NCBI GenBank assembly: GCA_965207735.1
Contig: OZ242296.1
Coordinates: 4,224,001 to 4,288,000, forward strand
From: Candidatus Versatilivorator sp.
GTDB lineage: Bacteria > Acidobacteriota > Terriglobia > Versatilivoradales > Versatilivoraceae
Length of the DNA stretch: 64,000 bases
Direction of reading: 5' to 3'
The notes under the pieces are model-generated. The model ran no database searches, was not told where the DNA came from, and worked only from the letters and a program-made list of their open reading frames with translations. Shown one piece after another: positions 1 through 10,500 of the stretch. Made by a program: the position numbers and the translations under genes. Position 1 is the stretch's first letter. Each line of letters opens with the position of its first letter.

Positions 1-2840
1 TCCTGCTGACCGATGAGGGCGACATCATCTACACCGAAATCGATGTGACCGGCACCGTGATCCGTGAAACGCCCATCGACTCGCCCAACTCGGTCTCCAT
101 CATCGACCGGGAATCGCTGTCCCAGCAGGGATCGCCCTCGGTGGTGGAGCTGTTCAAGAACATGAGCGTTAGCGGCGGCGTGCTGGGCGAGTCCAACAGT
201 TGGTACAACGGCACCTCGACCGGCATCGCCGAGACGGTGGCCAACGTGAACCTGCGCTCCCTGGGAGCCTCCCGCACCCTGGTTCTGCTCAACGGACGGC
301 GGCAGACCTACCTGCCGGCCCGGCTGGCCGGCGGCCGCTTCGTGGACGTGAATGCGTTTCCCACCATCGCCATCGACCGGATCGACGTGCTCAAGGAAGG
401 CGCCGGGGCCGTCTACGGCTCGGACGCCATCGCCGGCGTGGTCAACTTCATCACCCGCAGCCAGTTCGAGGGCTTTGAAGTCTCGGCCTCCTACGACCAC
501 TTCTCAGGTTCCAAGGACGGGATGCTGGGCGGGATCTGGGGCAGGAAGTTCGGTTCTTCCGCCCACCTGGTCGTGGCCATGGAACACAAGCGCAGCGGGC
601 ATTTCGGAGCCGAGGAAACCGGGTGGTCGTTGCGTCCTTACCCGGGATGGTGGTGGGGATGGTCGGGGACGGGCAACCCCGGCGCCTTCATCGTGCCCCA
701 GACCGAGGCCACCGGAATATCGGCTCTGGTGGAAGCCCCCCGCTTTATCGACCCGGGCTGCGACGCAATGGGAGGACACACCGACAACGGCTCCCGCACC
801 TGCCGCTTCCGCTATCAGCCCTGGGACAGCCTGATCTATGCTCAGCAGCACAGTCGGGGGTTTGCCGAGATCAACGGAACCTTCGGCGACAACAAGAACT
901 ATCATCTGGAGATGCTCTACGCCGATGCCCGGATCCCCGACTGGGAGACCACTCCGTCGTTTCCGCCCGTGTCGATTTTTGACGGTTTGCAATTGGTCAG
1001 CGCCGATCACCCGGGCAGGCAGGCGTTCGCAGACAACTACCCAATGCTGCCTAGCAGCGCCGGCGAGCCGCTGGACCTTACCGGGGAGGAGCCCTGGTAC
1101 TTCTTCGGCCGCCTGGTCGGCAACTCCGGCCCGGGGCGCAGCTCACCCCGGCAGTCCCGCACCAGGCGGCTGGCGGGATCGGTGGGGAGCGAAATCGGGG
1201 AAACCGGCCTCTTCTACGACCTGGGAGCGACCTACTCCGACGCCAGGGGAGAGTTGAGCCACCCCGGAGAATGGGCTCATCGCAAATTCCTGGCCTATAG
1301 GGGTTTCGGCGGCCCCAACTGTGGGGTCAACGTGGTGGTGGATTCGACGGCTCCCTCCGGGATGGCTCTCGGTCGCATCCCCGAGGGCGTCGCTCCCGGG
1401 CGGGGCGACTGCTCCTATTACAACCCCTTCAGCAACGCCATCGGATTCTCGGCCCAGCCGGGCTCCCAATTCAGAGACACTCAAAACCCCGAGTTTCGTC
1501 CTGAACTGGCAAACAGTCCCGAGTTGCTGGGATGGATCAACCAGAATGTCACCTACGTCAACCGGGCCAGCCTGGTGACGGCCGACGCAACCCTGAACGG
1601 CACGCTGCATTCCAGCGTGGCGAGCTACGCGGTGGGCTATCAGTACCGGCTGGTGGACGTGGGCACGACCCCCAACGCCGCCGGCAACCTGGACATCAAC
1701 CCCTGCCCGGTTCCGGGAGACAACAGTTGTCCGGTGAAGACCGGTTCCTTCACCTTCACCTCCGGCGCCCATCCCTACGACGACCAGCAGGGCACGCACG
1801 TGACCTTCGCCGAACTGGCTCTCAAGCTGGGAGAGAGGGTGGATGCCCAACTGGCCGCCCATTACGAGCGCTACGAGTTCGCCGACAGCTTCGACCCCAA
1901 GGCCTCCATTCGCGTGCAACTGAACAACCTGGTGGCCCTGAGGGGAACTGTGCAGACCTCCTTCCGTACTCCCTCGGTGGACGACCTCAACCAGGACCTG
2001 GTCACCACCACCGACTACGTGGCTGCCAGCGGGACCTGGAAGGCCATCAGTACCTCCGGGAGCACCAGTCTATTGCCGGAGGATGCACTCACCTACAACC
2101 TGGGGGTGATCCTGAAGCGGAACCCGAACTTCGACTTTACCTTGGACTACTGGGGATTCGACTTCAACAACCCCATCGGGGTCCTGCCCCACGCCGCCCT
2201 GGCCTCCGCCTATGCCGATCCGGCCACCCGAGGCGCGGTGCGGGATCGCATCTTCTGTCCGGGCAACCGCAACGACGGCAGTTGCGATCCGGTAGACATG
2301 GAGAGAATCCGGGTGCACCACATCAACTGGCCCGGCATCAAGACCTCCGGCATCGACTGGCACCTGGGCGGCAGCCGGCTCATGGGACCAGGCGTGCTGG
2401 TCGGCCATCTGGACGGAAACCACACCCTGGACTTTGAAGTGGAGGCCCTCCTCCACAACGGCGTGGAACTTCGGCCCAGGGAGCAGGCGGCCGGCTACCT
2501 GAACCGGACCAACCCGCTGGCGCCTCCCCTGCCTCGCTGGAGAACCCACGGCAGCCTGGGCTACCACTGGAGACACTACGGCCTGATCGGCGGGGTGCAC
2601 TACATCTCGGGATACGAGGATCGGGACACCGTGGCCGCCTACAGCCAGATCGACAAGTTTCTGACCTTCGATATGAACTTCCGGTGGCAGATTCCCAATT
2701 CCGGAACCACGCTGACCGTTTCCGGCCTGAATCTGGCCGACCAGCGGCCTCCCCTGGTGAACACCGAGCTGGCCTTCGACTCGCTGACGCACAACCCCAG
2801 GGGCCGCCGGGTAAAGCTGACCGTCACCCAGCGGTTCTGA
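1..2840 (+). CDS. TonB-dependent outer-membrane receptor (5' end runs off the window)
   Basis: Frame open from base 3; plug motifs NVNLRSLGASRTLVLLNGRR and IDRIDVLKEGAGAVYGSDAIAGVVNFIT; C-terminal beta-strand ending in F. Confidence 0.95.
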   Translation, partial: LLTDEGDIIYTEIDVTGTVIRETPIDSPNSVSIIDRESLSQQGSPSVVELFKNMSVSGGVLGESNSWYNGTSTGIAETVANVNLRSLGASRTLVLLNGRRQTYLPARLAGGRFVDVNAFPTIAIDRIDVLKEGAGAVYGSDAIAGVVNFITRSQFEGFEVSASYDHFSGSKDGMLGGIWGRKFGSSAHLVVAMEHKRSGHFGAEETGWSLRPYPGWWWGWSGTGNPGAFIVPQTEATGISALVEAPRFIDPGCDAMGGHTDNGSRTCRFRYQPWDSLIYAQQHSRGFAEINGTFGDNKNYHLEMLYADARIPDWETTPSFPPVSIFDGLQLVSADHPGRQAFADNYPMLPSSAGEPLDLTGEEPWYFFGRLVGNSGPGRSSPRQSRTRRLAGSVGSEIGETGLFYDLGATYSDARGELSHPGEWAHRKFLAYRGFGGPNCGVNVVVDSTAPSGMALGRIPEGVAPGRGDCSYYNPFSNAIGFSAQPGSQFRDTQNPEFRPELANSPELLGWINQNVTYVNRASLVTADATLNGTLHSSVASYAVGYQYRLVDVGTTPNAAGNLDINPCPVPGDNSCPVKTGSFTFTSGAHPYDDQQGTHVTFAELALKLGERVDAQLAAHYERYEFADSFDPKASIRVQLNNLVALRGTVQTSFRTPSVDDLNQDLVTTTDYVAASGTWKAISTSGSTSLLPEDALTYNLGVILKRNPNFDFTLDYWGFDFNNPIGVLPHAALASAYADPATRGAVRDRIFCPGNRNDGSCDPVDMERIRVHHINWPGIKTSGIDWHLGGSRLMGPGVLVGHLDGNHTLDFEVEALLHNGVELRPREQAAGYLNRTNPLAPPLPRWRTHGSLGYHWRHYGLIGGVHYISGYEDRDTVAAYSQIDKFLTFDMNFRWQIPNSGTTLTVSGLNLADQRPPLVNTELAFDSLTHNPRGRRVKLTVTQRF

Positions 2841-2900
2841 CGGGGGCCTCCGGCGACCTGCCGTCCCGGCCGGCAACTTTCCCGACCCTGGAGAATCTCC

Positions 2901-4388
2901 ATGGAACCAGGACTGGTCCAACGGGCCCGCCGACATCCCGACCGTCCCGCGATTCTGGCCGAGGGCGCCTGTTTCTCATACCGCGATCTGCTGCGGGCAT
3001 CGGCCCGCGCGGCCGGGAGATTGCTCCAGGGAACCGGGGACCTCGGGGAAAAGAGAGTCGCCTTCCTGCTGCCCCCAGGGGGTTCCCACGTGGCCACCCA
3101 GTGGGGAATCTGGAGGGCCGGCGGCATTGCCGTACCCCTCTGCACCGCCCATCCGCCGCCGGAGTGGGAATACGTCATCCGGGACTCCGGAGCCCACCTG
3201 GTCGTCGTCCACAAATCCTTTGCGGAACGAATCCGTCCGGTGGCCCGCAGGTGCGACGTGGCCGTAATGGACGACGCCTCTCCGGAATCGGACTCCCCGG
3301 CAGCCCGGCTGCCCTCGATCCCTCCCTCGCGACGAGCCATGATCGTCTACACCAGCGGCACCACCAGCCGGCCCAAGGGGGTGGTCTCCACCCATGGAAA
3401 CCTTGAGGCCCAGATCGAGACCCTGGTGCGGGCCTGGGGATGGCAACCGTGGGACCATATCCTGCACGTCCTTCCCCTGCACCACGTGCACGGAATCGTC
3501 AATGTTCTGTGCTGTGCTCTCTGGTCGGGCGCCACCTGTGAGATGCTGCCCGGGTTCCAGGCCGGCCAGGTGTGGGAGCGATTCGTCCGGAGTCCGCTCA
3601 CGCTGTTCATGGCGGTGCCGACTGTTTACTCCATGCTGATCACCGCCTGGGAGGCCGTCCCTGCCTTCCAACGAAAGATCTGGTCCCAAGCCTGCTCAAA
3701 GATGCGCCTGATGGTTTCGGGCTCGGCGGCGCTGCCGGTGCACGTGCTGGAGAAGTGGCAGCAGATCAGCGGCCATCGGCTGCTGGAACGCTACGGTATG
3801 ACCGAGATCGGGATGGCCCTCTCCAACCCCCTGGAGGGCGAACGGCGGGCGGGATTCGTGGGGACACCGCTTCCAGGCGTCGAGGTGCGATTGGTGGACG
3901 ACCAGGGGAAACCGGTCGAGGCCGGCAATCCAGGGGAGATCCAGGTCAAGGGACCCGGTGTCTTCGGGGAGTACTGGCGAAGGCCCGAGGAAACCCGGGC
4001 GGCGTTCGCCGACGGGTGGTTCCTGACCGGAGACGTAGCCGTGGTGGAGAGGGGCTCCTACCGCATCCTGGGCCGCAATAGCGTGGACATCATCAAGACC
4101 GGAGGGTACAAGGTCTCGGCCCTGGAAATCGAGGAGGTTTTACGAACCCACCCGGATATTGCCGAGTGTGCCGTGGTCGGACTTCCCGACAGGGAATGGG
4201 GAGAGTGCGTGGCGGCGGCGCTGGTTCCCCGCTCCGGCCGGTCCCCCTCTCCGGACCGCCTACGCCGTTGGGCCAAGGCCAGGCTGGCTATTTACAAGGT
4301 GCCCCAAAGTTTCCTGCAGATGGACAGCCTGCCCCGCAATCTGATGGGCAAGGTCAACAAGCGCGAACTGGCCAAGCACTTCCCATAA
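2901..4388 (+). CDS. Acyl-CoA synthetase (malonyl-CoA synthetase MatB/ACSF3-like)
   Basis: YTSGTTSRPKG P-loop, ERYGMTE, WFLTGD, GKVNK adenylation motifs. Confidence 0.9.
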   Translation: MEPGLVQRARRHPDRPAILAEGACFSYRDLLRASARAAGRLLQGTGDLGEKRVAFLLPPGGSHVATQWGIWRAGGIAVPLCTAHPPPEWEYVIRDSGAHLVVVHKSFAERIRPVARRCDVAVMDDASPESDSPAARLPSIPPSRRAMIVYTSGTTSRPKGVVSTHGNLEAQIETLVRAWGWQPWDHILHVLPLHHVHGIVNVLCCALWSGATCEMLPGFQAGQVWERFVRSPLTLFMAVPTVYSMLITAWEAVPAFQRKIWSQACSKMRLMVSGSAALPVHVLEKWQQISGHRLLERYGMTEIGMALSNPLEGERRAGFVGTPLPGVEVRLVDDQGKPVEAGNPGEIQVKGPGVFGEYWRRPEETRAAFADGWFLTGDVAVVERGSYRILGRNSVDIIKTGGYKVSALEIEEVLRTHPDIAECAVVGLPDREWGECVAAALVPRSGRSPSPDRLRRWAKARLAIYKVPQSFLQMDSLPRNLMGKVNKRELAKHFP

Positions 4389-4447
4389 GGAACTTCACGA
4401 AGGGGCACAAAGCCCGCATGCCTTGGTCGTTTCTCATCGTTCCGCTC

Positions 4448-4510
4448 TTTTTGTGTTTTTGTGCCTTTTGTGGCCATTCCCGGCAATGATCCCGGCGCCG
4501 AATTTTGCAA
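4448..4510. repeat. Dispersed TTGTG(C/T)YTTT-type repeat; inverted homologue at ~57640-57703
   Basis: ttgtgccttttgtggccat...gccgaattttgcaa matches the reverse complement of ~57640-57703. Confidence 0.6.
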
Positions 4511-4640
4511 GTGGCTCCACTGAGTGTTCCGCGCGGCAGGGCGGGGGCCGGCTGACCAGGGCTTGGGACGTATCCCGCACTCCTTGCGATTTCTTGTAAG
4601 GTAAGGCATATTTAATCACAGTAAGGACTCAGGGGTTTAT

Positions 4641-4874
4641 ATGGTGCAATCTGCAATCACTTCAAAGGGGCAGACGACATTGCCCAAGTCCGTGCGGCAG
4701 GCACTCGGAGTAAAGACAGGAGACCGCGTACGTTACGTCATCCTGGACAATGAGGTCCGGATCTTGCCCGTGCGTCCCGTCGGGCGGCTGTTTGGCGCAT
4801 TGAAACATGACGGCCCGCCCGTGACCCTGGAGGACATGGAACGGGCTGTTGCCGAGGGAGCCTGCGAGAAGTGA
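4641..4874 (+). CDS. AbrB/MazE/SpoVT-family antitoxin (VapB-like)
   Basis: ITSKGQTTLPKSVRQALGVKTGD swapped-hairpin motif; GTGA overlap with PIN toxin. Confidence 0.92.
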   Translation: MVQSAITSKGQTTLPKSVRQALGVKTGDRVRYVILDNEVRILPVRPVGRLFGALKHDGPPVTLEDMERAVAEGACEK

Positions 4875-5278
4875 TCGCGCTCGACACCAACGTCCTGGTC
4901 CGCTATCTGGTGGCGGACGATGCGAGGCAGGCAGAGGCCGCCCGTTTGTTGTTGGAAGGGTTAACGACTGATCGACCGGGTTTCATCTGCCGTGAGGTGA
5001 TTGTCGAACTGGTGTGGGTGTTGCGTCGGGCCTACGGGTTTTCCCGCGACCGGATTGCGACGGTGCTTGAGAATCTGGTCGCCACCGAAGCCCTTGAGGT
5101 CGAGGCGGCTGACGACGTGGCCCGCGCCGCCGTGAGCTATCGTCGGGGCGGTGCCGGTTTTTCCGACCTCATGGTTGTGGCGGCCGCAAAACGGGTGGGC
5201 GCGGGCACTCTCTACACTTTCGACCGAAGGGTAGGGCAGGTAGAGATCGCAACGCTGTTGGAGGATCCCGCTTCGTAG
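4871..5278 (+). CDS. vapC: PIN-domain toxin, VapC family
   Basis: MIALDTNVLVRYL, ELVWVL, FSD, LYTFD acidic PIN motifs. Confidence 0.92.
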   Translation: MIALDTNVLVRYLVADDARQAEAARLLLEGLTTDRPGFICREVIVELVWVLRRAYGFSRDRIATVLENLVATEALEVEAADDVARAAVSYRRGGAGFSDLMVVAAAKRVGAGTLYTFDRRVGQVEIATLLEDPAS

Positions 5279-5450
5279 TTGTAGATTGTCGATTTACGGC
5301 ATATTCAGTTGTCCGTACTCCCCAATCGACAATCGACAATCTGCAATCAACAATTCCCTTCATGCCCCTTCGTGGATATCCTTTTTCCCTTCGTTAACTG
5401 TCGGTCTGAGGCTCCGCCTCGCTAAACCATCCAACCAGGAGGTTCATCCC

Positions 5451-6425
5451 ATGGCTCCCCGTATCAAGGTTCTATTGCTTGCCTCGCCCCCTCCCGACTT
5501 CTGGGTGAAGGAGGCAATGAAGTTGATCGCCCCCCGTCACCAGGTTGTCCGTTTCGACCCTCAACAGGACCCGGCGCCGCAATTGCAAGGAGTGGACGCC
5601 GTGTTGGACATGGGCGGTCCCAAGGACAAGAGGCCGCTGGCCGACCTGCTGTCCGGTTCGGTCAAGCTCTGGCAGCTGGTCAGCACGGGATTCGACAACT
5701 TCGACGTGGACTACTGGCGTGAAAGGCGGATTCCGGTGGCCAACACCCCCGGCGGCTCCAGCGCCGTGTCCCTGGCCGAATGCGCCCTGATGCTCATGAT
5801 CATGGTGTCCCGCCGCTGGCCGGAAGCCGAGGCTCTTCTCCGGGACCGGGTGGTGGGCAGACCCAAGGGGCTGGACCTGGAAAACCGGCGGTTGGGTCTG
5901 GTGGGCTTCGGCGCCAGCGCCATCGAGCTGGCGCGGCGGGCCAAGAGCTTTTCCATGAAGATTTCGGCCATCGACATCCGTTCCATCTCCCAGGAGGAGC
6001 AGGAGGAGCTGGGAGTCGATTTCGTGGGTGGACCCGATGAACTGGACCAGGTCATCGGTCACAGCGATTACCTCTCCCTGCACCTCCACCTCAACCGGGA
6101 AACCCGAAATACCATCGATGCCCGCCGGCTGCGGCTGATGAAGCCCACCGCCTACCTCATCAACGTGGCTCGAGGGGCACTGGTGGACCAACCAGCTCTC
6201 TATGAGGCCCTGATCGAAAAGCAGTTGGCCGGGGCCGGCCTGGACGTCTTCGCCGAGGAGCCGGTCGATCCCGATTCCCCCCTGCTCCAGCTCCCCAACG
6301 TGGTGGCCGCGCCCCACATCGCAGGCCAGACCCAGGAGACCGCCGAGCGCCGTGCCGCCATGGCGTCTGAGAACCTGGACCGGGTGGCCCAAGGACTCGA
6401 CCCGATCTACCGTATCGATCGATAA
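5451..6425 (+). CDS. D-isomer-specific 2-hydroxyacid dehydrogenase
   Basis: AGGAGG RBS before ATG 5451; GLVGFGA Rossmann motif, LINVARGALVD, LDVFAEEP, APHIAG. Confidence 0.92.
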   Translation: MAPRIKVLLLASPPPDFWVKEAMKLIAPRHQVVRFDPQQDPAPQLQGVDAVLDMGGPKDKRPLADLLSGSVKLWQLVSTGFDNFDVDYWRERRIPVANTPGGSSAVSLAECALMLMIMVSRRWPEAEALLRDRVVGRPKGLDLENRRLGLVGFGASAIELARRAKSFSMKISAIDIRSISQEEQEELGVDFVGGPDELDQVIGHSDYLSLHLHLNRETRNTIDARRLRLMKPTAYLINVARGALVDQPALYEALIEKQLAGAGLDVFAEEPVDPDSPLLQLPNVVAAPHIAGQTQETAERRAAMASENLDRVAQGLDPIYRIDR

Positions 6426-6490
6426 ATTGCCGAGGGATAGTGCCGAATGCCGTGGCAGGAGAACAATCGGGCAACCACAACGGTTTGCCC

Positions 6491-8056
6491 CTACGCCTCG
6501 ACCTCCGGCCAGGGATGGCGGGCGGGATCGATCAGGCGGCTGGGAGCGAAGTAGGCGGGGGGATAGTCGTCGGGCTCGTCGTCCAGGCCCAGGATGCGGT
6601 TGACGATGCAGCGACCGCCGTTGAAGGAGACGCCGCTGCCGGAGCCGGCCATTCCGCCGATGATGTGACGCCGCTTTCCGTCCAGCAGCCCGACGATGGG
6701 ATATTCATCCGGGGTATAGCTCACGGTGCCGCTCCACTCATTGGCCAGGCGGAGCCGATAGGGACCGAATTGCTTCTTCATTTCCGCCGCCACGAACCGA
6801 CTGAGAAAGCGTGAGGGCCGGTTGCGGCCCGCCTCCCCATCGGGGACACGGGGGCCGCCCGAACCGAAAAGGACCCGGCGGGCGTAGCGTCCGGCAAAGT
6901 ACCAGGAGCCGCTGATCCCCACGTGGGGCTTCATGTTTTCCGGACCGCCGTCGCCGCTGGCGCCCTGTTGCTGCATGGGAAGGATGCAGTCATGCAGCAG
7001 CGGATAAATCTTGGGCGTGTAGGACTCGGTGGCGTAAACCAGGTGCCGGGTCGAGAGGGAGCCCCGGGTAGTGGACACGCGATAGCGCTCTCCCTCGTCC
7101 TCGACCCCCACCACCCGCGTTCGGGTCATCAGTTCCACGCCCGGCTTTCCGAGAGCGGCTCCCAGCAAACACCAGACCCACTTGGCCGGGTGCCAGGAAG
7201 CCGCCGCCCGCGAAAACCCGGCCGGATGTTCCACCTGCATCCCGCTGCGCTCCAGGACCTCTTCGGGACCGATGGAAGTCCAGTCGGTGAAACCGGTTTC
7301 GACCGCCATCTTCACCGATGCTTCCAGTCCCTCCTGCCCCAGGGCATCCTGGCCCTGAACCCAGCCCGAGCGGGAATAGTCGCAGTCGAAGCCCTCGCTC
7401 CGGATGGTCTTCTCGATCAGGTCGGCGTTGCGGTAGGCCGCCGCACAATAGACCCGGGCGAATTGACGGGCCAGCCGCGCCTGCTGGTCCCGATTCAGAT
7501 CGGTACGCAGCCGCGGCAATGCTTCCAGCACGGTGTCGTAGACATACTTGAAATAGCGGCCCATCACCACCAGCCCCTCGTTGCGGCCGGAACTGCCGCT
7601 GGCGGGATCATCCATCTCCAGCACCAGCAAAGGCCGGTCCCCGGAGCACCGGCGAGCCCAGTGATAGGCCACGGCCGCACCGGTGAACCCGGCGCCGATC
7701 ACCACCGTGTCGACCTCCTGCGGCAGACGGGCCGAGGGATCGCTTTCCCAGGGGTGGTTGGCCAGGGGATTGGCGTCGATCAACCACATGGGCGTCCTGG
7801 AGATCCTGCCTTCGATGATGAGTTCCTGGCTTGCGTCCGGTATGGTGACCCACATCTGGCGCCAGGCCCACCCCACCAGCTTCGCCCACCTCACCACGAT
7901 GGAGCGACCGGCGAATTGGGCGTCGGCATAGATCCTGGCTGTCTGCAGGTCGGCCGGACGCAGGCTGAACAGCAGCTCCAAGGCAACCCGAAGCCGTGTG
8001 CACAAAGACACGGCTGCCGGCGAATGAGAACGGGTGGATGAGGTTGGTTCGGACAT
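6491..8056 (-). CDS. FAD-dependent oxidoreductase (DAO/PuuB-like) with N-terminal extension; start could extend to 8119
   Basis: VVIGAGFTG, GSSGRNEG, WSGTVSYTPDEYPIVG, GMAGSG motifs. Confidence 0.88.
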   Translation of the reverse strand: MSEPTSSTRSHSPAAVSLCTRLRVALELLFSLRPADLQTARIYADAQFAGRSIVVRWAKLVGWAWRQMWVTIPDASQELIIEGRISRTPMWLIDANPLANHPWESDPSARLPQEVDTVVIGAGFTGAAVAYHWARRCSGDRPLLVLEMDDPASGSSGRNEGLVVMGRYFKYVYDTVLEALPRLRTDLNRDQQARLARQFARVYCAAAYRNADLIEKTIRSEGFDCDYSRSGWVQGQDALGQEGLEASVKMAVETGFTDWTSIGPEEVLERSGMQVEHPAGFSRAAASWHPAKWVWCLLGAALGKPGVELMTRTRVVGVEDEGERYRVSTTRGSLSTRHLVYATESYTPKIYPLLHDCILPMQQQGASGDGGPENMKPHVGISGSWYFAGRYARRVLFGSGGPRVPDGEAGRNRPSRFLSRFVAAEMKKQFGPYRLRLANEWSGTVSYTPDEYPIVGLLDGKRRHIIGGMAGSGSGVSFNGGRCIVNRILGLDDEPDDYPPAYFAPSRLIDPARHPWPEVEA

Positions 8057-8215
8057 GGCCTGCCGGGATTCTACCATGGGCTTCCCGCAGGCATGGTATG
8101 TGTTTCCCCATGCCCCCACCCGGCCTGCGGATCATACGAGAGTGAAACAATGAATCGTCATGGCCTGTCGGGAACAAGGACCATGTCCCGTTAGACCGGT
8201 TTTTTACCTAGTTGA

Positions 8216-8421
8216 ACATGGATACACAGGATGGACAGGATAAACGGCGCGAGAGGCTATGCCACAGAAGCAAACCCGCTTGATGATCGGGTGGGTATTG
8301 GTAGTGATCCAGGAGCCTGGGAGCGGGTTTTGGGAAATCTATGTTGGAACAGTGGCGATGGTTCAACTCAAGACGGTGGAAACTCCCGCCCAATAATCCT
8401 GTGCATCCTGTGCATCCATGT
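8216..8421. repeat. Short inverted 9-mer repeat clusters bracketing ~155 bp
   Basis: acatggatacacaggatggacaggat (8216-8241) vs atcctgtgcatcctgtgcatccatgt (8396-8421). Confidence 0.6.
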
Positions 8422-8510
8422 AAGTTAGCCGTCTAACCATGCTTGACTTTGAACGGATGTTCCGCCACCCGGCTCAAGGCGCTGTTTCCAATAAACATCA
8501 TTCCGTATTC

Positions 8511-8555
8511 CGTCGGCTTGTGCTTCACTTGGGCTCACCGGCATTTGCTGCCGCC
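8511..8555 (+). repeat. Left half of a REP/MITE-like repeat split by the island (attL junction, core GCCGCC 8550-8555)
   Basis: 45/45 identical to reverse complement of 57580-57624; identity stops at GCCGCC. Confidence 0.85.
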
Positions 8556-8709
8556 GCCGCAACGGCCATTCAAATTCCAGTGATGTCTAGTGCCGTCCAG
8601 TAGAGTCTATAACTGTCTTATTTATGAGTGTCTTATATAAGTCTTGCCGTGGCTTGTCTTGCCACCAACATCCCTTGCAATCCACTGCCATCCCTCATAT
8701 AATGGGGGG

Positions 8710-9936
8710 ATGGATACTGTAACGGACTTCGCTCCGTTCCGACCCAAGACCAAACCCACCGGTTGCCACCCCAGCAACGCCCTCTCGGCCGCCTTCCTGC
8801 GCTCCGCTCCGCCCGGAAGATACGCCGATGGAAATGGATTGTACCTCTTCGTCCAGCCCAGCGGAACCCGCAGTTGGATTCAACGCCTCGTCGTCCGTGG
8901 CCGTCGCCGGGAGCTCGGTCTCGGCAGCCTTGCCCTGGTTTCCCTGGCCGAGGCCAGGGAGAAGGCCCTGGCCAACCGCAAGCTGGCCCGTGAGGGCGGA
9001 GATCCTCTTGCCGAGAAGCGACGCACCGAGGGTATCCCCACCTTCGCCGAAGCCGCCTCGCGTGTGCTGGAACAGAAGCGGGACGGATGGCGAGGCCGGC
9101 GTCACCACCGCGAGTGGATGTCCAGCCTGAGGCGGTTCGCCTTCCCGCGCATCGGCAAGATGCCGGTCTCCGAGGTCACCAGCGCCGATCTGCTTGAGAT
9201 CCTCACCCCCATCTGGCACCGGAAGGCCTCCAGCGCCCGGCGGGTGCGCCAGCGCCTGCGGGCGGTCCTGGAATGGGCCGTAGCCATGGAGTACAGGATG
9301 GACAACCCCTGCGACCGGATCGGCCCGGTCCTGGGTCCCCAGCAGGACGTTACCGAGCACATGCGGGCCTTGCCGCATCGGGAGGTGGCCGCGGCCATCC
9401 GGACGGTGCAGGCATCGACGGCAGAGGAGGTGGCCAAGCTGGCCTTCGAGTTTCTGGTGCTGACGGCGGCCAGGTGGAGCGAGGTGCGCTGGGCCGAGTG
9501 GGAGGAGATCGATCGGGACGCTGGTGTATGGACCGTCCCGGCCAGTCGGATGAAGGCCAACCGGAAGCACCGGGTGCCGCTGTGTGGACGTGTCCTGGAG
9601 ATTCTCGAGGCGGCACGGACCCTGGGCAAAGGAGCCGGTCCTCTGGTGTTCACCCGTGGGCAGGGGAAGCCGCTCAGTGACAAGGAGCTGCGGTGGCTGG
9701 TCCGCGAGCAGGGGATTGCAGCCGTGCCGCACGGGTTCAGGTCCAGCTTCCGGGACTGGGCGGCCGAGGAGACCGACCATCCCCGGGAGGTGTTCGAGGC
9801 GGCCCTGGCGCATGTGGTCCGGAACTGGGTCGAGGCGGCCTATACCCGCTCCGACCTGTTCGAGCGCCGGCGTGTCCTGATGGACGACTGGGCGCGTTAC
9901 CTGGACCAAGGGCCGGGAGAGGATCTGGAGGTCTGA
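8710..9936 (+). CDS. P4-type tyrosine integrase with N-terminal arm-binding domain (Int1)
   Basis: DGNGLYLFV...SWIQR...RRELGLG arm domain; LTAARWSE, HGFRSSFRDW, ALAH, AAY catalytic residues intact. Confidence 0.95.
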   Translation: MDTVTDFAPFRPKTKPTGCHPSNALSAAFLRSAPPGRYADGNGLYLFVQPSGTRSWIQRLVVRGRRRELGLGSLALVSLAEAREKALANRKLAREGGDPLAEKRRTEGIPTFAEAASRVLEQKRDGWRGRRHHREWMSSLRRFAFPRIGKMPVSEVTSADLLEILTPIWHRKASSARRVRQRLRAVLEWAVAMEYRMDNPCDRIGPVLGPQQDVTEHMRALPHREVAAAIRTVQASTAEEVAKLAFEFLVLTAARWSEVRWAEWEEIDRDAGVWTVPASRMKANRKHRVPLCGRVLEILEAARTLGKGAGPLVFTRGQGKPLSDKELRWLVREQGIAAVPHGFRSSFRDWAAEETDHPREVFEAALAHVVRNWVEAAYTRSDLFERRRVLMDDWARYLDQGPGEDLEV

Positions 9937-10087
9937 GTGTAGTTAGGCCCAAGGGATCGGTGGCGTGAACCAAGTCAAGCAGGGGAACTTCTCCCAAAGC
10001 GCGCCAGGGATCGAGCCACACCCGAAGGCCCACGGCCGTCAAGGCCAGGTTGACGAGAATGACTTGGCTCCAGGTCTTCATTTCGCC

Positions 10088-10500
10088 CTTCCCGAAGGGA
10101 TCACTGTGGTGAGAGCGACCTCCCCGCAAGGGGGGCAAAGGGTGTCCCGACCCCTGTCCCCCTTTGCCCTCCCCCGTGGCGCACCAGCGGCCGAAATAGG
10201 GGGGTCGCTCTCACCACTTTCTCCCCTCTCGTGCGGCGCGCCGCCGCGACGGGAGGGAGGGGGACGCGCGAGGCGCAGCCTCGCTTCGCTTTTTCGCAGC
10301 GGACGCGGGAAATCCGTCCTATCCCGCGTCTGATGCGGCGTTTCGGGAAAGTCCCACACCACAACGGCAGGGCTCCGCCCTCTGAGAGAGAGGCGTTGTG
10401 CATATCAAGATCATGTCCCCCTTAGATGTCCTCCCCCCCGTCTAAAAGGGGGACACCCATCTGACGGCATCTGCTTGACCCCCAGAGGCGGAAATCTTCG
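10088..10500 (+). repeat. Conserved hairpin-rich element, copy A
   Basis: 15-bp perfect IR 10106-10120/10203-10217 enclosing 10-bp IR 10133-10142/10160-10169; homologous to 14841, 27390 and 52195 copies. Confidence 0.85.

Noticed and set aside
5283-5353. Degenerate heptamer repeats and the ORF extension to 5286
   Set aside because: Common intergenic repeats; the RBS supports a start at 5451
8430-8700. tRNA/tmRNA as integration site
   Set aside because: No cloverleaf or GTTCGA...CCA at either island end
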